From a virus, in IMG/VR virus record IMGVR_UViG_3300034198_023063, positions 1-64,000 of that record: a DNA stretch of 64,000 nucleotides, one strand, 5' to 3'. Positions within the stretch are counted from its first letter, which is position 1; each line of letters opens with the position of its first letter. Positions 45,692-53,992 of this stretch are shown in pieces. The notes beneath the pieces were generated by a model. The model searched no databases. It was not told the DNA's origin and saw only the letters and a list, made by a program, of their open reading frames with translations. The position numbers and the translations under genes are program-made.

Positions 45692-46654
45692 TCAAAAAGT
45701 TGGATCATCTTTGCGCCAAAATGGGCAACCTTTATAAGATGTTTTATTTATCAAAACAATATTCGAATCATTAAAAAGATCGTCTCTGTTAAAAGATGAT
45801 TTAATAAATTTATCATTCTTATCGTAACCCATATAATAAGTAGCTGGAAGTCTGGATGGACAAATCCATTTTCCCTCTACGTCACTTCCACACATCCATT
45901 TCTTTTTTGGAGTACTCGCAGCTAAATTTTGAACAGCTCTTTTTTCATCAAAAGATGATATGTATCCAGCGACGTAACTAAGATAAGCCTTGAAACCCTC
46001 TAATTGCTCTACGGTTGGTTTTGGGGCTTCTTGAATTGGCTGTTTTTTAAATTTAAGAAAAATAAATGAGACATCTGGAATATGGCCTTTAGTTTTAAAT
46101 ACAGCTAAAGAATACATCAAGTTTTGTAGGTTAAAGTCAATCTCTTCTTTAGAAAACTTACCTTTGCTTGATTTGTAGTCGTAAATTTTATAGTTTGTAT
46201 CGCTAAATTTTGCAAGCTTGTCAATAAATCCATTGATAATATAATCTTCCTCTTCAAGTTTAAACTCTGATTCAGCTTCAACAAGCAAAGCTCCACTACA
46301 GAAAAAGTCGCTTTGAAGACCTGTTTGGATCATATTATAAATAAGATCTAAATTTTCTTCGTCATTTACTTTGAGCTTTTTAGCGTGTTTTAGAATAAGT
46401 CTATGGATAGATGGATTTTTTATAACTCCAGCTTTGCCAGAGCATAGATCTTCAAAATATTTTTTATGCCTATCAGTAAGGAGTAGCTCAAATATTAAAT
46501 GGCAAATTGTCCCCCTTGAAGCTCCAGCGTTAGAAATATCTGGAAGTTTAAGAATATATTTAGTATAGTAAAGCCAGCTACACCCTTCGGCGGTTTTTAT
46601 TTTACTAGCGCTTAGTTTTACTTTTTCTTTATTAATTAAAGTGTCTTGTGCCAT
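45692..46654 (-). CDS. PD-(D/E)XK exonuclease, Cas4/RecB/AddB-like, with four Cys (320 aa)
   Basis: LSASKI..C, GTICH, E, GFIDKL, IYDYKSSK and QNLMY motifs; additional Cys in WMC, WICP and GCP. Confidence 0.85.
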   Translation of the reverse strand: MAQDTLINKEKVKLSASKIKTAEGCSWLYYTKYILKLPDISNAGASRGTICHLIFELLLTDRHKKYFEDLCSGKAGVIKNPSIHRLILKHAKKLKVNDEENLDLIYNMIQTGLQSDFFCSGALLVEAESEFKLEEEDYIINGFIDKLAKFSDTNYKIYDYKSSKGKFSKEEIDFNLQNLMYSLAVFKTKGHIPDVSFIFLKFKKQPIQEAPKPTVEQLEGFKAYLSYVAGYISSFDEKRAVQNLAASTPKKKWMCGSDVEGKWICPSRLPATYYMGYDKNDKFIKSSFNRDDLFNDSNIVLINKTSYKGCPFWRKDDPTF

Positions 46655-47568
46655 TGTAATATCTTTGCTTTGTCTAGCAGGTTTAAGTCTCCAAAGTCTT
46701 TCCCGCCAACAGGAAGATTGATTGAAATTTGATTTGTGTCAAAATAATTCAGTAATTTATTTTTTACAGCTTCCGCTGCTTCATTGCCAGCGTTGTTTGC
46801 TTGAGAGTCGTTATTAAAAGCTACAATTATTCTTTTAGGATTGATGGCGATTAAACTATAAATTATTTTAACAGAAAGATTGAGACCAAATGTAACTATG
46901 CAATTTTTGATTCCATTTTCTCTCAAAGCGAGCATGTCGCCAATGCTTTCCACAAGAATTACGGATTTGCTTTCTTTGATATCTTCTAAATTTACCTTTA
47001 AAGGGTAAACCCATTCTTTTTTATCTCCTATGTGTTTCCATTTTGGCCTTCCGTCTAAAGACAAAGGACCTACGTCTCTACCTGAAAAACCGATAATATT
47101 ATCTTTGTTATCAAATACTGGGAAGGTGTATCTATTATACATTTTACCAGTAGTAGCAAGGCCGCATTGAAATGGAAGTAAAGTAGACGCAGAAATGCCT
47201 CTATTTAACCAGTAAGAATCGTCTTTGGCCAATTTTAATAATAAAGATTTATCAAAATATTGGATTTGAGAAGTTGTTATCTTGGGTTTTTCTATCTCTT
47301 TAGTATCATAATTAACTCCTTTGGAAGAGATCCAGCTTTTAGCTTCGGTTATGTTTTTAAGCTTTAAAGTTATTTTAACTAGCTCCTCCAAGGACCCGCT
47401 TTTGCTTTCCTTGAAATCAACCCATTGACCAGAGTTTTTCCAGATGCGAAGTACGTTATCGTTATCTGAGTCTCTATACAATGGCTTTGCTCTATATTCT
47501 CTTCCGTTATCGTTAAGAACATAGCCTAAATCCTGTAGGATTTGCCTAACAGACTCGCAGTCGTTCAT
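46636..47568 (-). CDS. dnaG: DnaG-like TOPRIM primase (310 aa)
   Basis: YWLNRGI, RYTFPVFD..GFSGR, PKW, VILVESIGDMLAL, AFNND..AG, KDFGDL. Adjacent to dnaB. Confidence 0.85.
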   Translation of the reverse strand: MNDCESVRQILQDLGYVLNDNGREYRAKPLYRDSDNDNVLRIWKNSGQWVDFKESKSGSLEELVKITLKLKNITEAKSWISSKGVNYDTKEIEKPKITTSQIQYFDKSLLLKLAKDDSYWLNRGISASTLLPFQCGLATTGKMYNRYTFPVFDNKDNIIGFSGRDVGPLSLDGRPKWKHIGDKKEWVYPLKVNLEDIKESKSVILVESIGDMLALRENGIKNCIVTFGLNLSVKIIYSLIAINPKRIIVAFNNDSQANNAGNEAAEAVKNKLLNYFDTNQISINLPVGGKDFGDLNLLDKAKILQWHKTL

Positions 47569-49028
47569 AGAAGTTCGCCATCTCCAGAATCGTCTAATTC
47601 GGGTCTTAAAGATCTAGCTTCAACAATATCTTCAAGAGTTCCCTTTTCTTCAACATTAAAATTTGATATATTAAAGCTGATATAGTTAGGAATATACTTA
47701 GTTCTTTTGCCTTCTTTAATTCTAACTAAATCATGGTGACCGGCAGAATCTTTGCCTTGAAAGCGTGTAGCTAAAGGAATTAATTTGTGAGATCCAAATT
47801 CTTCTCCATCGTCAGCGATTTCTTCTACGGTTTTTCTTCTAAAAATACCTACGAACGAAGCAAACCACTGTAAACGATCTGATTGAGAAATTGCACTACT
47901 ATCATCAACGCCATTTTCTGCGCTTCTATTTAATTGGCAAGCTGTAAGAATTGGAATATTTAATTCAGAAGCAAGTTCTTTCAAAGCGTTCACCTTATCG
48001 CCAATCAACTGATACTCTTGTTTGTTTTTATCCATTTCTCCAGTCAGTTTTATATAGTCATAAACGATAACGCATGGATTTCCTCTGCCAACTTTCGCAA
48101 AGTACCATCGGCGAATAATTGAAATAACCTCTTCAATTGGTTTGCCAGAGACCTGAACGTGATCTACTTGATTCTGTATTTTAATTATATCAGATTTCTT
48201 TTCTTGAAAAAGATTGTATAGATTTGTGTTTTTCTTCCAATTTCCAGTTTCTAGATACCAAACAGGAATCTGCGTGATTGAGGAGGCTATTCTGAACTTC
48301 ATATCTAGAGTAGACATTTCAGTATCAAGAACTAAGGCTCTGCAACCTTTATTAATTGTTGTGGTTTTTATTGCTAGATCATTTAAGATAGTTGATTTGC
48401 CATGCTTTGGGCGACTAACCCAAGCGTATAAGTTTCCGGGCCTTACGCCACCATAAAGGCGATTAAAGTTTTGATATGGAGTCTCTAGTCCATTTTCTTT
48501 GATTGGATTATTGCCTCTTTCCTCAATGATCTCTATAACATTAGAAGTTATATCTTCTGGCTTATCATTTTCGTTAGCATAAAGAGATATTTTTTTATTA
48601 TAGATCTGGTCTGATTCGGTGATAATTGACTCAAGATCTTTTTCCGCACAACTATGCGCGAATTTCTTGATGTTTTCGCCGGTCTCTTCCAGCTCTCTTC
48701 TTACTCTAAATTTAACTAATTCTTTTGCAGCTTCAATCAATCCATTCTTTGTTGTCGGGATTAAGCATATGCTGTTGACATAATCAAAAACATTGATGCT
48801 TTGATCTTTAAATGTAATGCCTAGGTTTTGCGCTTTTTGAGCTACAAGAACTTTATCTACAGTTGAGCCATTTTCAAAGCAGTCTTTGAAGACACAAAAA
48901 ATAGTATAATGAACGTCATTGACAAAATCATTTTCATTAATAAAAGAACGAACATCGCCAAATGAATCGTGATGCCTAATTAAGCCTGAAAGAATGTATT
49001 TTTCTAACTGCAAAGAATAAATTGCCAT
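47565..49028 (-). CDS. dnaB: DnaB-like replicative helicase (487 aa)
   Basis: Walker A SRPKHGKS, LDTEMS, YDYIKL, CQLNR, and an N-terminal DnaB helical domain. Confidence 0.93.
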   Translation of the reverse strand: MAIYSLQLEKYILSGLIRHHDSFGDVRSFINENDFVNDVHYTIFCVFKDCFENGSTVDKVLVAQKAQNLGITFKDQSINVFDYVNSICLIPTTKNGLIEAAKELVKFRVRRELEETGENIKKFAHSCAEKDLESIITESDQIYNKKISLYANENDKPEDITSNVIEIIEERGNNPIKENGLETPYQNFNRLYGGVRPGNLYAWVSRPKHGKSTILNDLAIKTTTINKGCRALVLDTEMSTLDMKFRIASSITQIPVWYLETGNWKKNTNLYNLFQEKKSDIIKIQNQVDHVQVSGKPIEEVISIIRRWYFAKVGRGNPCVIVYDYIKLTGEMDKNKQEYQLIGDKVNALKELASELNIPILTACQLNRSAENGVDDSSAISQSDRLQWFASFVGIFRRKTVEEIADDGEEFGSHKLIPLATRFQGKDSAGHHDLVRIKEGKRTKYIPNYISFNISNFNVEEKGTLEDIVEARSLRPELDDSGDGELL

Positions 49029-49029
49029 A

Positions 49030-49446
49030 TTATAATATTATATTAAATTTCTCAAGGAAAAACTTTTCATTTAAAGAATCAACTTCATTGTCGTAGATCT
49101 CAACAAGAATAAATTTATTCAATGTGAGCCAGTTTTCCTTGGCGACATCTCGCTTAATTGATTTTAAATAATTTAAACGAGAATCGTTATGAAAAAACTT
49201 ATTGTAAGCAGAGTGCTGTGGGCCGTGGACCTCAACAGCAATCTTGCGAGTTGCGTTCAAAATGTCAACTTTTAATCGACTTCCAAACACAGGAAACTCC
49301 TCGTAGACAATATGGTTTTGCCAATATTTTCTAAGGAACTGCTTGGTTTTAAATTGTATTTTAGATCTGGAGGCGGCGTCCCAGTCTATAGTATATTGAG
49401 ATACATTTTTGCTTACAACCTTGCCAAAAGCATTATAGAGCTTCAT
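49030..49446 (-). CDS. Vsr/DUF559-like endonuclease (138 aa)
   Basis: EEFPV...LKVDI...IAVEVHGPQH...RDVAKENW...LVEI pattern. Confidence 0.7.
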   Translation of the reverse strand: MKLYNAFGKVVSKNVSQYTIDWDAASRSKIQFKTKQFLRKYWQNHIVYEEFPVFGSRLKVDILNATRKIAVEVHGPQHSAYNKFFHNDSRLNYLKSIKRDVAKENWLTLNKFILVEIYDNEVDSLNEKFFLEKFNIIL

Positions 49447-50555
49447 TTCTTTAGGACGCTAATAAATTTATCAAACAAATATTTAGTGATGTTTGGGTTT
49501 TCCTCAAGGAAATTTTTGAGATTGGCTTCTCCTTGATGTTGTTTTGGAAACTCTAAATTATTATCAGCAAGCTCTTTGACAAGCTCGTCAGTTATAGTTA
49601 TCCAAGCTCCTTTTGCATGAGCGAACTCCCAAGCAAGCAATTGGTCCACAATCTCATATTCAATCCAAACGCTAGAGCCGTTTTTGCGCCCATATTTAAT
49701 TGGATACCGAACTTCTCTGCCAGATTTCTCATTTGGAGTTTTTTTGAAAACTATTTTGCACCAATGCCCGACAGGATTACCATCTTGTTTGGCGTTTGCA
49801 TAAATAAAGTCTTTGTTCCAACGCTGCTGGAATTCTAGGATCCAGTCAGAATAATGAAGGGCTGCGTTTCCGCCGCTGGCATTAGTAACTTTTGGATCAC
49901 CCTTCTCGTAAGGATTAATCTTAATTGAAGATCTGACTTGAGAAATTATGAAACAAATGTGACCTCTGGAAGAAAAAGCGGCGGCCATCTTACGAAGTAG
50001 GTCCGCAGTTAGGAGCGCGGCTCCAGCAGTCTTGTTAGCTTCAGTGGATGACTTTGCTAAATCGTTTCTTGGTACTAAAGCGTCAAGGCTATCAAGAATG
50101 AAGAAATATAAATTATTGTCATCGTTATCTTTGATTAGCCTTCGCATCATGTCGATGACAAATTCATAATCATTAGTTGGAATTACTTTCCAACGGTCTG
50201 GATCTGTGCTTACTCCAGATCTTTCAATGATTGCTTCACTAAGTCTGCCTTCAGATTTTATATAAATAATACATCCTTTTTCTGGATGAAGATCTTGAAA
50301 GCTTTTAGCGAAAGCCAGAGCGTTGCTTGTTTTGCCGCCTTCTGTGACACCGGAAGATCTTACGATACCGGGATGGATTCCTCCGCCCATTTCAATATCT
50401 AAAGTTAAACTGCCGCTGCTAACTACATAATCAATATTATTATCAAAAGCATAATGATGTTCTTTATTATCTTTTAAGATAGAATCTAAAACACGAAGTT
50501 TGTTAGATGATGATTCTTCTTGTATTTCGGAGGTTTCTTTTTTGGGTCGTGCCAT
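49443..50555 (-). CDS. recA: RecA/UvsX-like recombinase (370 aa)
   Basis: SSGSLTLDIEMGGG, Walker A GVTEGGKTS, ILDSLDALVP, ISQVR, SGGNAALHYS. Confidence 0.9.
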   Translation of the reverse strand: MARPKKETSEIQEESSSNKLRVLDSILKDNKEHHYAFDNNIDYVVSSGSLTLDIEMGGGIHPGIVRSSGVTEGGKTSNALAFAKSFQDLHPEKGCIIYIKSEGRLSEAIIERSGVSTDPDRWKVIPTNDYEFVIDMMRRLIKDNDDNNLYFFILDSLDALVPRNDLAKSSTEANKTAGAALLTADLLRKMAAAFSSRGHICFIISQVRSSIKINPYEKGDPKVTNASGGNAALHYSDWILEFQQRWNKDFIYANAKQDGNPVGHWCKIVFKKTPNEKSGREVRYPIKYGRKNGSSVWIEYEIVDQLLAWEFAHAKGAWITITDELVKELADNNLEFPKQHQGEANLKNFLEENPNITKYLFDKFISVLKK

Positions 50556-50556
50556 A

Positions 50557-50913
50557 TTATTTATTGAATAAATTTAAAAACTGTTTAAGTGATGTGGGCT
50601 TTTTTACAACTTCTGTAAGCGGAGCTACAGTTTCATTTTCTAATGTGATTTTAGGCTTTTCAAAAGACAAGGACTCGTATTTTTTAATGGCTTCCAAAAA
50701 TTTTTTACCGTTTTCTCCTAAAAACCACGTCAAAGAAATCAACTTTGTTCTTCCTTTGAGGCCAATTAAAAAATCAAATCCGTATTTTTTAATTAATTGA
50801 CCAGCCACGCGCATTTCGTTAGGCCAGTTGCAATTCTTGGTGTCTACAAGAAAAGCAGAAATAAGCAATTGATGGTTGCTAAGTTTTCTGGGTTTTTTGA
50901 TCTTGTCCACCAC
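50557..50913 (-). CDS. Hypothetical protein (118 aa)
   Basis: ORF with GTG start, 1-nt gap to recA, preceded by a canonical promoter. Confidence 0.7.
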   Translation of the reverse strand: MVDKIKKPRKLSNHQLLISAFLVDTKNCNWPNEMRVAGQLIKKYGFDFLIGLKGRTKLISLTWFLGENGKKFLEAIKKYESLSFEKPKITLENETVAPLTEVVKKPTSLKQFLNLFNK

Positions 50914-50920
50914 AGAATGG

Positions 50921-50949
50921 AGTGTGGCTTGAAATCAGAGATTAGTCAA
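50921..50949 (-). promoter_or_regulatory. Sigma70-type promoter TTGACT-N17-CACACT, 7 nt before the GTG (leaderless)
   Basis: -35 at 50949-50944, -10 at 50926-50921, GTG at 50913. Confidence 0.7.
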
Positions 50950-51993
50950 GAGGGAAATATCGTGCAAGACCATTTTGCTGACAAGGTCTTTAAATGAAGA
51001 CTTTGGACTCCATCCAAGCTCTTCTATGGCTGGATTTGAATTGCCGAGAAGTAGATCGACCTCTGCTGGTCGATAAAATTTAGGATTTATTTTAACTAAA
51101 ATAGATGAAGATGGATCATTTTTAATGGCGTATTCGGTGGTGACGCTGTACTCCTCGCTCGTTCCTTGACCATGCCAAGCCCCTTGAATGCCTGCTGTTG
51201 AAAATGCAAGCTCAACAAATTCTCTAATTGAATGAGTTTCATTTGAAGAAAGGACATAATCTTTAGGAGAGTCTCTGTTTAACATTTTCCATACCCCATC
51301 AACAAAGTCTTCGCTGTCTGACCAGTCTCTTTTAGAGTCTAGATTTCCAAGTTCAATAGCCTCAAATACTTCTCCTTTATTAATAGCATTTATTATTCTA
51401 GCTACTCCTTTAGTTATTTTTCTTGTAACAAACTCTTCTCCTCTTTTTGTCCCTTCATGATTAAATAAAATGCCATGAACGGCGTAAAGGTTGTAAGACT
51501 CTCTGTAGACCTTGACAATATGCCTAGCGGCAGCTTTAGAGGCTCCATATGGGCTTCTTGGGCGAATAGGATGGGCGATATCTTGAGGGGCGTAGGCTAC
51601 GTCTCCGAACTCTTCACTTGACCCAGCAGAATAAAACCTGCAAGCTGGTCGATGTTTTCTTATAGCTTCAAGGCATCTTGCGACTCCAGTGGCATTTGTA
51701 TCAAATGTTTGCAATGGTATTTCCCAACTGCAACCAACAAAGCTTTGCGCACCAAAATTAATAAAGTAATCTGGTTGTATTTCTTTAACTAGAGAATCTA
51801 TTGAAACACTATCGCAAAGATCGGCATAAACAAACTTAAATCTACTATTTTTAATAAACGACTGACAGTTTACAAAATTTGGATTAGAACTTCTTCTTAT
51901 TGTTCCAAATATTTCATGGTTAGTATTTTTTAATAAATACTCGACCATGTTTGCCCCGTCTTGCCCTAAAACGCCGGTTATTAAAACTCTCAT
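50935..51993 (-). CDS. gmd: GDP-mannose 4,6-dehydratase (352 aa)
   Basis: ITGVLGQDG, AQSFV, PRSPYGASK, LFNHE..RGEEFVTRKIT, LGNLDSKRDW, YRPAEVDLLLG. Confidence 0.93.
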   Translation of the reverse strand: MRVLITGVLGQDGANMVEYLLKNTNHEIFGTIRRSSNPNFVNCQSFIKNSRFKFVYADLCDSVSIDSLVKEIQPDYFINFGAQSFVGCSWEIPLQTFDTNATGVARCLEAIRKHRPACRFYSAGSSEEFGDVAYAPQDIAHPIRPRSPYGASKAAARHIVKVYRESYNLYAVHGILFNHEGTKRGEEFVTRKITKGVARIINAINKGEVFEAIELGNLDSKRDWSDSEDFVDGVWKMLNRDSPKDYVLSSNETHSIREFVELAFSTAGIQGAWHGQGTSEEYSVTTEYAIKNDPSSSILVKINPKFYRPAEVDLLLGNSNPAIEELGWSPKSSFKDLVSKMVLHDISLLTNL

Positions 51994-51994
51994 A

Positions 51995-52309
51995 TCAAAA
52001 CTTTACTCTTCCAATAATTATATCTTTAAGCATTACCCAGTCCGCTGCCTTAGCCCAGATTGGATTTTTAAATGCGGCTGGTTTATTTTTCTCTATGAAA
52101 AAATGACCGCTCCAAGCAAATGGATAAACAATAAATGGAAGCGCTATAAACATGGGAAGAAAAAACAAAGACTTCCAAAAAACGAGTCTGATACAAAGAA
52201 TAAAATAACCAATTGTAAACAACTGACCCAGAACATGAAGTCTTCTGTTCCACTTATTTTGATGGAGTGTTAGATACATTTCGTAATATTCTTTAAATGT
52301 CATATTCAT
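51995..52309 (-). CDS. DUF962/Mpo1-like small membrane protein (104 aa)
   Basis: YLTLHQNKWNRRLHVLG, two hydrophobic helices, YPFAWSGHFFIEKNKPAAF. Confidence 0.8.
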   Translation of the reverse strand: MNMTFKEYYEMYLTLHQNKWNRRLHVLGQLFTIGYFILCIRLVFWKSLFFLPMFIALPFIVYPFAWSGHFFIEKNKPAAFKNPIWAKAADWVMLKDIIIGRVKF

Positions 52310-53034
52310 GATTTTAATAATTCGCTAGATGAATATATTTTAGGAAGATCAAGAACTATTTCTAAAATATTATTTTCTTTGCAAGTTACGGACTCGGCGG
52401 AGTCTAGGTTTCCGTGTTTTCTGTCTCCACTGTTAAAAAACATGATTTTACAATCTTGATACTTACTTTTAATTAATTTTAGAGTTCGGCATTGAGTTTT
52501 ATCTTGATCTATAGAAACTATAGCTTCGTCTACACTTTTAAGATTTTTTAATATATCTTGCCTATGCGACTCTGACATAAACGATTTGCTACCTTTTAGT
52601 AAAACTTGATGATCATTATTTATAATAGCTATTAAATAAGAGCAGTTCTTTTTTGCTTCATTTATGTATTCTAGATGCCCGGAGTGGATGGGGTTGAAGT
52701 ATCCAGATACAACGCCTATAGTTTTATTTTTTATTGATTTTCTCCAATCAACAGCATTTAGGCCCTTATCGTCAATAAAAATATCGCCGTTTGGTTTACC
52801 TTTATCTATAAGTTCGTGGTATTTAACGCCCCAATGGTTTAGTTGTTTTACTGTTAGTTCATGCCAGTTTAATCCTGATGAAGCCCCTCTGGCGGTAAAT
52901 AAGATTATTATATTTCCATTTTCATAGAGATAATTTATTTCTTTTACAGCTTCTGGAAATGGCTCAGCTTTTTCGTACTCTCTTTTTTCATTTGTGGAAC
53001 ATATAGTTCCATCTATGTCAATAACATATCTCAT
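52306..53034 (-). CDS. Fusion of a HAD phosphatase and an HxGH-type sugar-phosphate nucleotidyltransferase
   Basis: N-terminal DIDGT, TARG, GKP..D..IDDK; C-terminal SGYFNPIHSGH, NND, R..IL..LKSVD, SGDR, SSS. Start moved to the ATG at 53034 (MRYVIDIDG). Confidence 0.85.
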   Translation of the reverse strand: MRYVIDIDGTICSTNEKREYEKAEPFPEAVKEINYLYENGNIIILFTARGASSGLNWHELTVKQLNHWGVKYHELIDKGKPNGDIFIDDKGLNAVDWRKSIKNKTIGVVSGYFNPIHSGHLEYINEAKKNCSYLIAIINNDHQVLLKGSKSFMSESHRQDILKNLKSVDEAIVSIDQDKTQCRTLKLIKSKYQDCKIMFFNSGDRKHGNLDSAESVTCKENNILEIVLDLPKIYSSSELLKS

Positions 53035-53992
53035 TTGTATTATCAAATATAGTAGAAGCTCCGGAATCGTCGAAGTCAAAATCTAAAACGCTGTTTCCAA
53101 ATGTTTCTTTAATTCTTTTCTTTACATTGGGATTGCAAATAACTAACACAAAACCGCATCCACCAGCGCCAAGGAGTTTGGCCCCATAAGCTCCGAGGCC
53201 AATGCATGTAGTAATAATGTTGTTTACAGAGCTGGTGGCTATTTGGTTTGATATCTTACGTTTCTCCATCCAAGATTGATATAGCAGGTTTCCTATTTCA
53301 CGAATATTTTCATTTATGAAAGAGCTATAAGCAGCTTTTGCTAATTGGAGTATTTCTAGTTTGTTTTGATTTTCGTGAGACTTGGCGACGTCGCTAGACT
53401 GTCTTTGCTCATTAGAGTAAATTAAAACCATTGATCTTTGAAGCTCTCGTTTGAACTCCTCTGTAACTGGCAGGGGCTTAACAAGAAAGTCGCCATTGGT
53501 TTTAATATTTATTGTATTAAGTCCTCCATAAGCGGACCATATTTGATCTTGAATACCGCCACTTTCGTTGAGGGTTGTTCTTTCTATTTCTATAGCGTCT
53601 TTTGCTAGCGTTTTTTTAGAAGTTTCTAGTTTAAGAAATTTTCTAATTAAATAACTCATTCCGACGCAATAAGAGGATGACCCTCCTAGGCCTGTTCTAG
53701 AAGGTATATCGGAAAAAGAAATAAATTCTATAGGAGATTTAATTTTAAAATATTTTAACGTTTCTCTTATAAGTGGATTTTCTATTTCTTCTAATGTTTT
53801 AACTCTTTCAAACTTTGAATAACTTATTGTCGTTTCTTCGGATAAAATTTTTGGTTTTTCTCTTATAGAAAGATATGCATATTTATTTATAGCGCAGCCA
53901 ATTATAAAAGATTCATGCTTCTCGTAAAAATCTTTATAATCAGTCGAGCCACCAAAAAATGAAACTCTAAATGGAGATTTCGCTAAAATCAT
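53018..53992 (-). CDS. GHMP-family sugar kinase, HddA-like (heptose 7-phosphate kinase family; 324 aa)
   Basis: SPFRVSFFGGSTD, SDIPSRTGLGGSSS, GGIQDQ, GAKLLGAGGCGF. Confidence 0.88.
   Translation of the reverse strand: MILAKSPFRVSFFGGSTDYKDFYEKHESFIIGCAINKYAYLSIREKPKILSEETTISYSKFERVKTLEEIENPLIRETLKYFKIKSPIEFISFSDIPSRTGLGGSSSYCVGMSYLIRKFLKLETSKKTLAKDAIEIERTTLNESGGIQDQIWSAYGGLNTINIKTNGDFLVKPLPVTEEFKRELQRSMVLIYSNEQRQSSDVAKSHENQNKLEILQLAKAAYSSFINENIREIGNLLYQSWMEKRKISNQIATSSVNNIITTCIGLGAYGAKLLGAGGCGFVLVICNPNVKKRIKETFGNSVLDFDFDDSGASTIFDNTNEICY

Noticed and set aside
41699-50555. Inteins or introns in dnaE, dnaB or recA; split dnaE as a pseudogene
   Set aside because: No intein terminal motifs or extra length are seen. 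The split genes have intact catalytic motifs where expected, their own ATGs and typical coupling overlaps.
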